Of a stretch of DNA of 64,000 nucleotides, positions 1-10,334 are shown in pieces; positions within the stretch are counted from its first letter, which is position 1, and the number at the start of each line of letters is the position of its first letter. A program made the translations under genes and the position numbers. The stretch comes from a virus. The stretch lies in the IMG/VR virus record IMGVR_UViG_3300028948_000703, positions 1 through 64,000 of that record; one strand, given 5' to 3'. Below the pieces are notes generated by a model. That model did not search any database, had not been told where the DNA came from, and saw nothing but the letters and a program-made list of their open reading frames with translations.

Positions 1-95
1 GCATCTCTTCCAACTAGCTTAAATCCAGGATTTTCAGCTAGACGACCACTACCAGTTTTTAGAAACTTTACGCCTGAATCAATAACTTCGGACAT
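1..95 (-). CDS. 5' end of a gene running off the window; possibly a Clp-like AAA+ protein
   Basis: Translates MSEVIDSGVKFLKTGSGRLAENPGFKLVGRD; LVGRD resembles the Clp ATPase 'xIGRD' motif. Only 31 codons are visible. Confidence 0.35.
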   Translation of the reverse strand, partial: MSEVIDSGVKFLKTGSGRLAENPGFKLVGRD

Positions 96-123
96 GGTTA
101 CATTCTTTCTTTGTTATACCTGC

Positions 124-1776
124 TTAGATCTTAAGCAGGTCTGCGGTTTCTTGAACAACTGGAGCTGCGGCTTCGTCGGCAGTGACAATTCTAGCAGCAA
201 CACTAGCAGCTTCTGATCGAGCATCCTTGGCAACATCAGTTGCCGCAGACAGCGCACCTACACGCTCCTTGAATCGTGTAAAGGTACCTTCAAGGATTTC
301 CTTCTTGGTAGTGATTACATCAGTCCAGCTCTGTAGAGAAGCCAAGCTGTCGTCAATTTCACGAACACGCTGCTCTTCGCTCATTGCACCACGGATAGAC
401 TCTTCCTGTGCAATACGGTTAGTAAGTGCATTCATTCTCTTCATGTTGGACTTGGCAATATTTGCACTCTGACCAATAGCAGCAGTTGACAGAGATGTTA
501 GCGTGGTGCTAAGTCCTTCGGCAACTTCCGCCATAGCGTCAGTATGCATAATACGAGTAAGCTCAACTCCTTCAGCATTGTTGCGTTTCAGGTTACCAAG
601 CTTTTCTTGCAGCTCAGTCACTGCACTGGTGGTCTGCAGAGTATTGCCCTTTTCTTTTTCAAAGGTTTCAATATATGCATCCAAATCCTTAAGCTTCTTG
701 GCACGAATTTGCTTTTCAACTGCACCAATAACTTCACCTTCCTTGGGCAGCAGTGCTTCGCGTCGCTCACGAAGCTTGTCAGTTGCAATGTTACATGCGT
801 CAGTCATGGTAGCATAAATCAATCCAAGCACTTCGCTGGCATCAACCATCTTCAAGATAGATGATTCGTCATTGGACAGTAGGTTACGCATGTTGCCAAC
901 CCGAGCCTTGTTCTCATCAATGAATTCAAGAGCAGAGGTAAACAGTTCTTCCTGCTGACTCCTAACATCAGTGTCCGAAAGGTCTAGGAACTTGGCAACA
1001 ACTTCCTTAGATTCCACCAATTCAGCATCAAGTTCAGACTGCGGAACATTGGCCGTAGCCTTTGACAGCTCGTCCTTGAGTCTGGACAGATTAATCTGAA
1101 TGTTTGCAAGTTCATCGTTATTAAGTGCCATTTGCTTGACAGACGCTGAACGAATATTACCAAGCCAGTTCCTGTCCTGTTCAAGCACAACATTATGCCT
1201 GTTAATTTCCTCTGCGCGATTAACAGCAGTGTTAATCTGATTTTCTAGATCTGCACGAGTCTTGCGAGCTTCGTCAATCAGTGCTTGGTCACGCTTGATT
1301 TCCTTAAATGCATCATAGGCCTTGTCAGTAACCGATAGCTTATAGATAGCACTCAGTACATCTGTAACAGGCTTCAGCTTGACTTCAAATTGCAACATCT
1401 TTTCGTTTAGATCTTTTAGGCTACGCTGAAGTTCAACCTGCGTTTCAGACTGCTGAACCTTGATCATTGCCTGTGCAAGAGCAACACGCTGAGCAGCAGC
1501 ATAGGACTTAACCTGCTCGAACTGCTTCATTACTGCACGAGCTTCAGTCTCAGTCTGCGGCGCAGCAAAGATTGCTGCTAGAGCAGCAGGCTTCTGCTCA
1601 TCCTTAATCTCAGTGCTATATACAGCTTGATAAACTGGATTTGCCTTAATTTCAGCAAAAGGATCTGCCTTGGCAGTTGCGGCAGTCGCAGTGCTTGCGG
1701 CTCTAGCAGCGGCGGCACGCTGTAGCAGTGAATTCTGAGATTTGGTTTGAGCTTGAGGAGCAGATGATGTCGCCAT
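124..1776 (-). CDS. Large coiled-coil protein, 550 aa, function unknown
   Basis: Long ORF with heptad/helical composition. AAGGA RBS and a TTGACA..TATTAT promoter lie upstream (~1820-1848, minus strand). Confidence 0.8.
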   Translation of the reverse strand: MATSSAPQAQTKSQNSLLQRAAAARAASTATAATAKADPFAEIKANPVYQAVYSTEIKDEQKPAALAAIFAAPQTETEARAVMKQFEQVKSYAAAQRVALAQAMIKVQQSETQVELQRSLKDLNEKMLQFEVKLKPVTDVLSAIYKLSVTDKAYDAFKEIKRDQALIDEARKTRADLENQINTAVNRAEEINRHNVVLEQDRNWLGNIRSASVKQMALNNDELANIQINLSRLKDELSKATANVPQSELDAELVESKEVVAKFLDLSDTDVRSQQEELFTSALEFIDENKARVGNMRNLLSNDESSILKMVDASEVLGLIYATMTDACNIATDKLRERREALLPKEGEVIGAVEKQIRAKKLKDLDAYIETFEKEKGNTLQTTSAVTELQEKLGNLKRNNAEGVELTRIMHTDAMAEVAEGLSTTLTSLSTAAIGQSANIAKSNMKRMNALTNRIAQEESIRGAMSEEQRVREIDDSLASLQSWTDVITTKKEILEGTFTRFKERVGALSAATDVAKDARSEAASVAARIVTADEAAAPVVQETADLLKI

Positions 1777-1875
1777 GATTAAATCCTTTTTAGTTTATAA
1801 AACGTGAATATTGCTGATTTATAATAGCAGAAATTAACAATGTGTCAACTGTGATTTTAACGTTCGTCTTTTATA

Positions 1876-2151
1876 TTAAATAATCTCTAATGCAAATCGA
1901 GTAAAACCTTCTTTGGTATAAAAACAAAGACGCCACCCTTTTTCATGATTTTCAAGAACACAATTGTATAGGTCTCGCCATGCTTTATGTATAAAATAAA
2001 GTTGTACCATTCCATACGAAGAATCATCAAGTGACTCGTTGTCACAATGCTTCTTCAAATAACCATTGATATAACAGTGAGCATCAATACGAGACTGTGT
2101 AGTGAGATTATACCACTCCACAGTCCTATAGTAACTAGCTGATGTCTTCAT
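1876..2151 (-). CDS. Hypothetical protein
   Basis: Start MKTSASYY overlaps the end of the upstream gene. Confidence 0.55.
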   Translation of the reverse strand: MKTSASYYRTVEWYNLTTQSRIDAHCYINGYLKKHCDNESLDDSSYGMVQLYFIHKAWRDLYNCVLENHEKGWRLCFYTKEGFTRFALEII

Positions 2152-2674
2152 ACCAATTTTCAGCTGAATTAACATTGCTACTTGCACCGGCAGGCAATAC
2201 AGTGAATCCGGCAACTCGTGCATAATCCAAACTTTCAAAATAACCACACCACGGCGGATTAATTGTCCAGGTTTGGCCATTGTCCTGGCTCAGTACAAGT
2301 TTAGAAGTATAGTCGTCACCACTTGATCCTTGCACCCGCTGAAGATTCCAACGGGCAACATCAAGATTTTTATGCACGCTGATCAACTCTACTCGTGCAG
2401 CGTCGTCGTGGCCAAAACTATCCCCGGTGCTATAAACAGCATAAACAAGGTAAACCTTTTCTCCAGGAGTTACTTCTCCAGGATAGGTAATTGTAGAATA
2501 TCCGTAACCGTCAGCTATGGAAATGCTCTCCAGCGTATGCTCGCTGGCAGTGTTATCCCGGTCCCATTCATCGTCGGGATCTCGCTCACGAGTAACCCAG
2601 GATCGTGAGTGATAGTTCACAACGAGATCAGTGGTAACAGGCTTTGATGCTGGGGGATTTGTCTTTTTTGCCAT
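2135..2674 (-). CDS. Hypothetical phage protein
   Basis: GGAG RBS before MAKKTNP; phage-type motifs YSTGDSFG and PWCGYFE. Confidence 0.75.
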   Translation of the reverse strand: MAKKTNPPASKPVTTDLVVNYHSRSWVTRERDPDDEWDRDNTASEHTLESISIADGYGYSTITYPGEVTPGEKVYLVYAVYSTGDSFGHDDAARVELISVHKNLDVARWNLQRVQGSSGDDYTSKLVLSQDNGQTWTINPPWCGYFESLDYARVAGFTVLPAGASSNVNSAENWYEDIS

Positions 2675-2751
2675 GTGACGAACTCCATGTGGTAAGTCCA
2701 TAGCTTATAACACAACACCGGTGTGCGGTCAACAGATATTGCTAATTCTAT

Positions 2752-3255
2752 CTAAGATTTGTTAGCTATTTTTTTATAGTTACTTACTTTTAGTATCTCT
2801 TTAACAACACCAGGCGCGGATAATTGAATAAGATTTGATTCAATATTTACAAATTTAACCTGTGGTTGAGAAAATCCTAGATATTTAAGATGAGTTGAAA
2901 CTACATATTCTAAATCGAGTATTTCTTCATCGGTTAACGCCTCAACATTTAGATTATAATCAATTCTAGCTATTAAATGGTTGTCAAAATAACCATCGAT
3001 AAATTCTAAAGATAAAACAGGAATTTTTCCTCTGATTAAATAAGAAAAAGGTGCCAACCATGATGTTGTTGCATTTCCTGCAAAATATAAAAATTGAGGA
3101 TATTTTACATTGCTTGCTGAGATTTGGTTAAGATATCTAATAGCATGTTGCCTTTTAAGCTCGTCTTTTGGTGGCGCACTGGGAATATCATCATCCTCTG
3201 TGGTTTCGTTTAATATACGATCTATTAAATCTCGATAGTATGCCGGGGTATTCAT
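2752..3255 (-). CDS. PAYYRD-leader family protein (copy 1)
   Basis: N-terminus MNTPAYYRDLIDRILNETTEDDDIPSAP is shared with 4 other genes; TATAAATA upstream. Confidence 0.85.
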   Translation of the reverse strand: MNTPAYYRDLIDRILNETTEDDDIPSAPPKDELKRQHAIRYLNQISASNVKYPQFLYFAGNATTSWLAPFSYLIRGKIPVLSLEFIDGYFDNHLIARIDYNLNVEALTDEEILDLEYVVSTHLKYLGFSQPQVKFVNIESNLIQLSAPGVVKEILKVSNYKKIANKS

Positions 3256-3287
3256 GCTAAATATTCCTGTTACCTGGAGTTATTTAT

Positions 3288-5120
3288 ATGAGAATTTACG
3301 ATTTTTTAATCGAAGCAAACGTGCTTAATACTGAAGAAATTAAAAATTATCTAGTTGATCTAGCAAAAGACATTCCGGACCCATATAAAAAACAATTTGT
3401 TAAATCAGCATTTACTGATATCACTAACAATGCTAATTATCATACTCCAGTAAAAGAACTTCCTGACAATGCACCTGCCTGGGCAGAGAAAGCCATGTCA
3501 GCAGGAGATTTGGTAAACGCATCAGTTAACAATGAACAAAAAGAACTACTTACTCAAATCATTCATTGGTTAGCAGATATAATTGCCAAATCACAAAGCA
3601 CAGATACAACCGAAACCGCTGTCGCTGACAAAAGAGATGCGGTTAAACAGCTACAGAGTCTAAACAGAATGAAGCTAGAAGACATGCTTCGCCATGAACG
3701 CAGCTGGTTTAGCAGGCAAAAGAATCTAATAAAAGGCGATATCTCAGGTATGGAAAAGGTTGCCGATGTTGGCAATGGCTATGCATGGTTTTTGTTAGTT
3801 AGCCAAGATGCATTTAACAGAGAAGGAAAAGCATTACAAAACTGTATTGGATCAAACTATACAGCACAAAATTGCCAGGCAAGCAATACACAGATCTACA
3901 TATTAAAAAATAAAGCTCTGGAAAGTGTAGTTGCTATGCGTATAGAAAATAATGTCATGCAAGAAGTAAAAGGACATAACAATAGACCACCTGTTGCTGC
4001 ATACATTCCATATGTAAATAAATTCATTCAATTAAAACATATCCAAGTAGGAGCTGGTGCCGAACGAGATTTAATAGGATCTGGTTATGCATGGAATAGA
4101 AAAACCCAGACAATAACACATATAAGTGAAGCATATCCGTATGAATGGGGTCCCGAATTATCAAATAATATGATTTTAGGTAAATGGACTGCATCAGGGG
4201 AAAACTACCTAGCAGGATTTACCGGAAATTTATCAATTCCAGAATACGTACACAGAGAAGGAACTCGCTGGGATCTAGTTAGCAAACGTAATACATATCA
4301 TCCACAGAGAACGTTTTTAATCAGCTATGGTGAAATTCTAGCAATAGGTAATTTACCAAATCCAGACCGTGCTATTTCTCAGCGAGGAATGGAAACAATG
4401 GCTTCGCAGTTAAAGGAAGTGTGTCGAGCATTAAATGTTGTTATTAGTCCAAAACTCATCGGCAGCCTTAAAAGACCTGGTTTAAATCGTTTTGGAATTA
4501 CAGTTGACAATGGAGAAATTAAAACAGACTACGAACTACTCGCAGACGTGAGTGTTATTAACAATCCGGCAAGCATTGCTACAATTCCAGAACCCAGCGA
4601 ACGTTTACAGAAAGTAGCCGTAACAGAAAATCCAAATACACTGTTGATGATACAAAATCCATCAGAAGCAACTCAAATATTAGCTATGACACAGTCAAAA
4701 ACAGTTCATAAACTAATGAACGAGTTTGTTGCTGCACGCAACGGCGAAACACCCAGCGAAATTGTACAACTAGCAGCAGTAGAAAATGATGGTACTGCTA
4801 TTCAAACCTTGGTTGATGCTAGCGAAGCAGTTGAACTAGCAGCAGTAGAAAACGACGGGGATGCAATTATCTATATTGCATACAATCACAGGAAACAGAA
4901 AAAACCTGGTCCCCGCACAGAAATTCAAAATGCAGCAGTAACACGAAGTCCGTCAGCTCTAGGATACTTATTTAGGTATCGAATACCAGTTGAAAACTCA
5001 ACTAAGGTGTTAGCAATCGAAAGCCATCGTGATGACAGCTATGCTCTCAAATTAATTCAAGATGATCTTGAAGAATACAATCAAATGACACCAGAGCTTG
5101 AACAACTATTAAAGTCTTAA
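3288..5120 (+). CDS. Putative virion internal protein: PcfJ-like domain plus DUF4116-like repeats
   Basis: MRIYDFLIE capsid-targeting-like start; EGKALQNCIG..EVKGHNN PcfJ-like motifs; C-terminal PSEAVxLAAVxND repeats. Confidence 0.7.
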   Translation: MRIYDFLIEANVLNTEEIKNYLVDLAKDIPDPYKKQFVKSAFTDITNNANYHTPVKELPDNAPAWAEKAMSAGDLVNASVNNEQKELLTQIIHWLADIIAKSQSTDTTETAVADKRDAVKQLQSLNRMKLEDMLRHERSWFSRQKNLIKGDISGMEKVADVGNGYAWFLLVSQDAFNREGKALQNCIGSNYTAQNCQASNTQIYILKNKALESVVAMRIENNVMQEVKGHNNRPPVAAYIPYVNKFIQLKHIQVGAGAERDLIGSGYAWNRKTQTITHISEAYPYEWGPELSNNMILGKWTASGENYLAGFTGNLSIPEYVHREGTRWDLVSKRNTYHPQRTFLISYGEILAIGNLPNPDRAISQRGMETMASQLKEVCRALNVVISPKLIGSLKRPGLNRFGITVDNGEIKTDYELLADVSVINNPASIATIPEPSERLQKVAVTENPNTLLMIQNPSEATQILAMTQSKTVHKLMNEFVAARNGETPSEIVQLAAVENDGTAIQTLVDASEAVELAAVENDGDAIIYIAYNHRKQKKPGPRTEIQNAAVTRSPSALGYLFRYRIPVENSTKVLAIESHRDDSYALKLIQDDLEEYNQMTPELEQLLKS

Positions 5121-5936
5121 GTTATTAGATCAGACAATCGGATAGTTTGTCCCTGATCAAGCATGTTAAGCACTCTACGTCCGTTATCTGTGATTCGTAA
5201 TTGATAGGTTAGAGCTTTTCTATCAGGGTCTCTAACAGTGATTAACCCATATAAAGCAGCAACGCCATCTGCTGCTTTATCTGATGGAAATGTTGGCAAA
5301 CCTTCAGGGTTATTTCCTAGACCTCGACGATACCATCCACTGCGTCCTTCGCCAGGATGATCATTAACATACTGTAGCATTTTATGAAAATTACTATTTG
5401 GCTTAACTGCTTTTCGTGGAAACATCCTTGCAAATGATGATGTTGCAATTGTTCTAAATTCATCACTGATATCTGGCATAGAAAGAATAACCCACGGCGA
5501 AACACTGATACCATACTTGATCATTTCATCAGATGGATTTTTAATATATTTCAGTGCATAACCTGTATTTTTCACCGCGGCGAGCTTAACAGCGGTCTCT
5601 GGGGTTAGGGATATGTTCAATTGCAGTACCGTCCGTTGATACTGCGGCTAGCTGTACAGCTTCTGAAGGATTATCAAGTAAATTTATATAATGTGGTTGA
5701 AGTTTAACCATTGTAACAGTAACAGCTTCGCTGGGATCGATTATATATTGATAATCACTGGGACGAGCAATAATAGCACGAATCTTATGTTGCTCGCTAG
5801 GATGTTTACGCATCCAGTCTCGTTTTTGTTGATAGCTTTTAAGATCTTTTATTTGAGGCGGAGCAGGAATATCATCATCGTCTGTTTCTGCCAATATGCG
5901 GTTTAATAAATCTCTATAATAAGCTGGCTCGTTCAT
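5117..5936 (-). pseudogene. PAYYRD-leader protein with DUF4116-like repeats, split by a +1 frameshift at ~5601
   Basis: ORF 5586-5936 (MNEPAYYRD...AIEHIPNP) continues in another frame as (P)ETAVKLAAVKN. Removing one C from AAC-CCC-A restores the NPxxAVxLAAV repeat register. Confidence 0.7.
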
Positions 5937-6499
5937 TTGCTTTGTTTCCATTGAAAAAAATCATATATTATTCCTGGTATCTCGTGTCGATCAAATACTC
6001 CAACTAGATGCTCAAGACCGTGGAATTCTTTGGTTAGAAACTTGGCAAATTCTGAGCTCATTACTCTTACTTGGCCATATTCAAGTGCTACAAATTTAAA
6101 ATGTGGATTAATACCAAAATGTTCTAGACAATACCTCTCCATATTTGATATTACTTCCGTAATGATTTCACGATTCGAAACATTATCAATTCGAGTTCGT
6201 TGGTATCGTTCATCGTCGAGATAGATCTTGAAAATGTTGTTAAATACCACCTGTTTGACATGCGACTGTGCAGTTGCAATAACTACAAATGGTTCAAAAT
6301 AAAAGTTAAATTCAACATAGTCATAGTCAGACACAAATATGTCACTGCTCCAGAGATCTTGGTTGGGATTTCTTGCAGAAAGACTGCGATAGAACTTTTC
6401 TTTTTTTAAATCACTTCGACTGGGAGGCTCAGGGAAATCATCTGAGTTTTCCATGATAGAACGTATTAAATCTCGGTAATAAGCTGGAGTATTTGTCAT
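5933..6499 (-). CDS. PAYYRD-leader family protein
   Basis: N-terminus MTNTPAYYRDLIRSIMENSDDFPEPPSR. Confidence 0.85.
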   Translation of the reverse strand: MTNTPAYYRDLIRSIMENSDDFPEPPSRSDLKKEKFYRSLSARNPNQDLWSSDIFVSDYDYVEFNFYFEPFVVIATAQSHVKQVVFNNIFKIYLDDERYQRTRIDNVSNREIITEVISNMERYCLEHFGINPHFKFVALEYGQVRVMSSEFAKFLTKEFHGLEHLVGVFDRHEIPGIIYDFFQWKQSK

Positions 6500-7089
6500 G
6501 TTGTCTTCCCGGTTAATTGTTGAGAAACCACTGCCTTAACCGCAGCAAGATTGTCTTTTGTTAGAACTCGTTCAATACCTTGAAGCTGAGACTCAACCCA
6601 GTCAACAAAATCTCTGCTGGTAACGATAAGTTCGGCGTTACCAGCCCACATGGTTGCAGAAAAATCTGATATTTTTATACCATATATTTCATAGACTTGT
6701 TGAGATAACTGTTGGTCAATCTTATCTTCTATTGACACATGCCAGGCGGTAACTCGTGCACTGTCAAAGTTATCTCCAAACCCAGGCAACCGTGGATACT
6801 CAAAAGTTATCTCCATGTCCGGCAATACTGTAAGAGAGTTATTTTCCACAGAAAAAAGAACGTTAAGATTATAATCAAATGGTTGCATGGGCATTAAATA
6901 TGTACTGCCAAACTGGCGTTGAGCACCTAGAAAATCCTGCCACACCTTGAAATTCAACCCGGGCCTATTGAGACTTCTTTTAAACTTGTCCATCACCAGC
7001 GAATCTCTACTGGGAGGTACTGGAATATCATCATCTGTTTCTGTTAGTATACGATCAATCAAATCGCGGTAATAAGCTGGTTGTTCCAT
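6496..7089 (-). CDS. PAYYRD-leader family protein
   Basis: N-terminus MEQPAYYRDLIDRILTETDDDIPVPPSR; late promoter upstream. Confidence 0.85.
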   Translation of the reverse strand: MEQPAYYRDLIDRILTETDDDIPVPPSRDSLVMDKFKRSLNRPGLNFKVWQDFLGAQRQFGSTYLMPMQPFDYNLNVLFSVENNSLTVLPDMEITFEYPRLPGFGDNFDSARVTAWHVSIEDKIDQQLSQQVYEIYGIKISDFSATMWAGNAELIVTSRDFVDWVESQLQGIERVLTKDNLAAVKAVVSQQLTGKTT

Positions 7090-7131
7090 TTAAATTCCAA
7101 TAAATAACACACATTATCCAAGGATATTTAT

Positions 7132-7731
7132 ATGAAAATTAATGAATTAGCCACAGTAACCGAGTCTATTATCCATGCTATTTGTGAAACTATAACTGAT
7201 GACCCGCATATAAATCGTACCATTGAACACGGATTAAAAAAGATTCCAGAAGAGCTGCGTGTGCCAGTTTTAGATGCACTGGAAATAATCTACATGAATC
7301 AAGAACCTATTACTGTGCAAGACTGGGCAGATCGTCTAGCAGACCTGCATCAGAATCTTGACCTTGGCTCTACACTAAAAACCACAGTTACCGAATTTCC
7401 TTGGCTGATTACCAGAACTGCTCCGCGCACTTATCAATGGCAAGAAAACCTTGATAAAAAGCCAGAAAATCGCAGCGACCACGCCGGCGCCATTGACCTA
7501 GCCAGAACCGTTCTAGCAGGCATGAAAACGCTAAAGACATTTACCCTAGATGAATTAGCTGCATGGGTCAAGCAACAAACTGGAATTCCTCTACAACAGA
7601 TAACTCCATATATTTCACATGTGATCTCTGCATTTCCTGACAAAATACAAAAAACCCAAGGCGGTTACACCTGGACAGATAACCAAACATCAGGAATAGA
7701 TATAATCAAAAATATTGTTGATCGCAGCTAG
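7132..7731 (+). CDS. Putative virion internal protein with two internal winged-helix-like repeats
   Basis: MKINEL..VTE start; duplicated FPxxIxxTxxxxYxW motif; TAAATA upstream. Confidence 0.7.
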   Translation: MKINELATVTESIIHAICETITDDPHINRTIEHGLKKIPEELRVPVLDALEIIYMNQEPITVQDWADRLADLHQNLDLGSTLKTTVTEFPWLITRTAPRTYQWQENLDKKPENRSDHAGAIDLARTVLAGMKTLKTFTLDELAAWVKQQTGIPLQQITPYISHVISAFPDKIQKTQGGYTWTDNQTSGIDIIKNIVDRS

Positions 7732-7734
7732 ACT

Positions 7735-8277
7735 TTATTTTTCCTGCAGAGCTCTGATCAATTTGTGATCAACTTTACCGGCTATACTGTCTATTTCATG
7801 GTCCAGGCCATCACAATGATATTCCAGTGCGCCATCGTATGGACTGCCACCACCATCAACAGGTTTACAGTGAGTATGTTTAAATCCTAGACGTTTCATT
7901 AGATCTGCAAGCATGGTTACTTCATTTTTGGAAAATTCTGTGGTTAGCTGAAATGGACGCGGAGTAACCATCAGAGTAATTACCGGCGATTCTGAATGAT
8001 CATCAATGCTGATTGGTCCAAATATATCACCCAGCCATATTTCTACTAGATGAACACCTGGTGCAATTGCCCGAGGTTGGTCAAATTTCATATGCCAAAC
8101 AACTTCTTCATGATCATTTAGAATCAATCCTGTGACCCAAGGCATATGAACAGAATCTATACTGTATTGTGTTTTTAGTCGGCGCAGTGCCAGATCATGC
8201 CTGCTGGGTAATGTTGGAACATCATCTTCCATTAATATACGATCTATTAAATCTCGGTAATAAGCAGGATCGTTCAC
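7735..8277 (-). CDS. PAYYRD-leader family protein
   Basis: GTG start; MNDPAYYRDLIDRILMEDDVPTLPSR. Confidence 0.85.
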   Translation of the reverse strand: MNDPAYYRDLIDRILMEDDVPTLPSRHDLALRRLKTQYSIDSVHMPWVTGLILNDHEEVVWHMKFDQPRAIAPGVHLVEIWLGDIFGPISIDDHSESPVITLMVTPRPFQLTTEFSKNEVTMLADLMKRLGFKHTHCKPVDGGGSPYDGALEYHCDGLDHEIDSIAGKVDHKLIRALQEK

Positions 8278-8318
8278 AGCTGAGTCTCCACTAAATATAG
8301 GTTTACAGGGGTATTTAT

Positions 8319-9686
8319 ATGAAAATACTTGAACTATTCACCGGCAATCAATATCTCACGGAATATGATACTAAAAAGATACAGGCTCTGCAAAAACTCT
8401 TTGACCAGCGCCGCCAGGATCCATCTAGACCACCAGCACAATCCCCTGTTGATCTGGCTGCTGCCATTGAAAAGATCAAAAAACTACCTGGAGAAACGAT
8501 ATTCTGGCTGGTACATAGATATCTCAAACCCATTGACAACGAATATGGAATACGTCGCTGGGAAGATATAGCCGCCAGAGCCATTCCTGCTATTGAAAAA
8601 TTCACCGAACTAAAACGAAAACCACAGCTGGCGCCACCTTTACCCACACGTGACATCAATCAAATACCAAGTCTATCCAAGCTAGAAGATATTCTGGATG
8701 CATATAAAGAACAAGTGCAAACCAGTAAACAAGCTCAACGACAGCAGGCAGAACAGTCTTTTTATAACACAGGCCGCGCAAAATTAATATACAACGACGC
8801 AGATATTAAAGTGGTGGTTCCACGAACCCCATCGGCCAGCTGTTATTTTGGTAAAAATACTCGCTGGTGCACAGCCAGCCAAGATGACGAAGAAACGTTT
8901 TTACGCTATAACCAACAGGGTCCCTTGTATATAATATTGATAAAAAAGAAGAATGCCAGATATCAATTCCACTTTCCCAGCGACCAATTTATGGACGAAG
9001 AGGACAACACAGTTAATCCACGAGAACTAGCCAACCAGTATCCAGTTTTATGGCGGATATTTGAACCTATCAGCCGAGAAAACCACAGCATTTTACTGAT
9101 CAAAAACCCCACAGAACAAGACCGACTACGTGCAGTAGAACAAGACGGCGACGCTGTTCGATATATAGATAACCCATCTGAAGCCGTACAACTGACAGCA
9201 GTCAAACAATGGCCCAACGCTATTCAACACATAGACAACCCCAGTGAAGCAGTACAACTGGCTGCGGTTAAACATGAAGGAGTGGTGTTAATGCATCTAG
9301 ACAATCCCAGCAATGCTGTTAAACTGGCTGCTGTAAACAATGATGGATATGCCATTAAGTATATAGATAATCCCACAGAAGAGATGCAATTAGCCGCAGT
9401 AAAAAACTATGGCCCAGTGATAGAATACCTCAGTGACCCGTCTGAAGCTGTGCAATTAGCTGCTGTGCGCCAAAACTATCAGGCTATCTATTTTATTAAC
9501 AATCCTTCAGAAGCTATACAACTGGCTGCAGTAGAACACAACGGCGATGCTATACGACATCTTGAGTTCCCATCAGACCGAGTTCAATTGGCTGCTATAC
9601 AGGCATATCCACGAATCTCCAGAGAAATACCATGGAAATTCTCCCCTGCTGTCTTGGCCCAAGCAAGAGCTCAAGGCCTCATCTAA
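8319..9686 (+). CDS. Putative virion internal protein with a 'WCTAS' domain and about 7 DUF4116-like 22-aa repeats
   Basis: MKILELF..LTE start; ASCYFGKNTRWCTAS..GPLY..YQFHF domain also found in 62776-63804; tandem DNPSEAVQLAAVK repeats. Confidence 0.75.
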   Translation: MKILELFTGNQYLTEYDTKKIQALQKLFDQRRQDPSRPPAQSPVDLAAAIEKIKKLPGETIFWLVHRYLKPIDNEYGIRRWEDIAARAIPAIEKFTELKRKPQLAPPLPTRDINQIPSLSKLEDILDAYKEQVQTSKQAQRQQAEQSFYNTGRAKLIYNDADIKVVVPRTPSASCYFGKNTRWCTASQDDEETFLRYNQQGPLYIILIKKKNARYQFHFPSDQFMDEEDNTVNPRELANQYPVLWRIFEPISRENHSILLIKNPTEQDRLRAVEQDGDAVRYIDNPSEAVQLTAVKQWPNAIQHIDNPSEAVQLAAVKHEGVVLMHLDNPSNAVKLAAVNNDGYAIKYIDNPTEEMQLAAVKNYGPVIEYLSDPSEAVQLAAVRQNYQAIYFINNPSEAIQLAAVEHNGDAIRHLEFPSDRVQLAAIQAYPRISREIPWKFSPAVLAQARAQGLI

Positions 9687-9750
9687 ATAACACTTGCAAT
9701 AAGCAGTAAATCCTGCTAGTGTGAAAACATCATGCAAACGAACAGGTACT

Positions 9751-10140
9751 ATGCAGATTGATTTTCATCGACAAAGCCGATTACCACACTGGATACGCTG
9801 TGATCATGTTAGCCGCGATCAACTGATTCAGCTGGATGCTATCCCACATAGAAAATATGCCCTACAACCGGGCCCATACGTAGACGGCAGGCGCCAGGTA
9901 AAAATGAACGATTACACACTAAAACAATGGATTAAACAGTGCATGCCATACTACGCTGCAACTATAGCAGTGACCAAATCCCAGATTATCCACGAAGAAA
10001 TGCAGAGATTAAACATTGACGACTCTGAGTTTGCACTGTGGCGATATCCCAGTTTTTCTCTAAACAATACCGCGCCTTTTATTCTTCATTTTGCCACAAA
10101 AGAAAATCAAACTCTATATAAGCTATCCACATGTATATAA
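9751..10140 (+). CDS. Small-paralogue family member with an N-terminal extension
   Basis: C-terminal HFATKENQTLYKLS matches the family F-x6-7-F/Y-x-L motif. Confidence 0.65.
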   Translation: MQIDFHRQSRLPHWIRCDHVSRDQLIQLDAIPHRKYALQPGPYVDGRRQVKMNDYTLKQWIKQCMPYYAATIAVTKSQIIHEEMQRLNIDDSEFALWRYPSFSLNNTAPFILHFATKENQTLYKLSTCI

Positions 10141-10334
10141 ACCCACAATACCCATACCGAGTAATAATACCAGAACTTAACAATAATTACCTTCAAGCAC
10201 GAATTGCTGTGGATTGGTGCAAGAAGAATACCAACAACGACTGGGATTTACAGTTCTCCAACGACAATTACACAATATACTGGATGTTTAAAGACCCATG
10301 CACGGCAACAGAATTCACACTAATATTCGGATGA
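10131..10334 (+). CDS. ~70-aa paralogue family member
   Basis: YPY..AVDWC..WMFKDPCTATEFTLIFG. Confidence 0.8.
   Translation: MYINPQYPYRVIIPELNNNYLQARIAVDWCKKNTNNDWDLQFSNDNYTIYWMFKDPCTATEFTLIFG

Noticed and set aside
9120-9600. 66-bp-period nucleotide repeats as a DNA array
   Set aside because: They are fully explained by the 22-aa DUF4116-like protein repeats.
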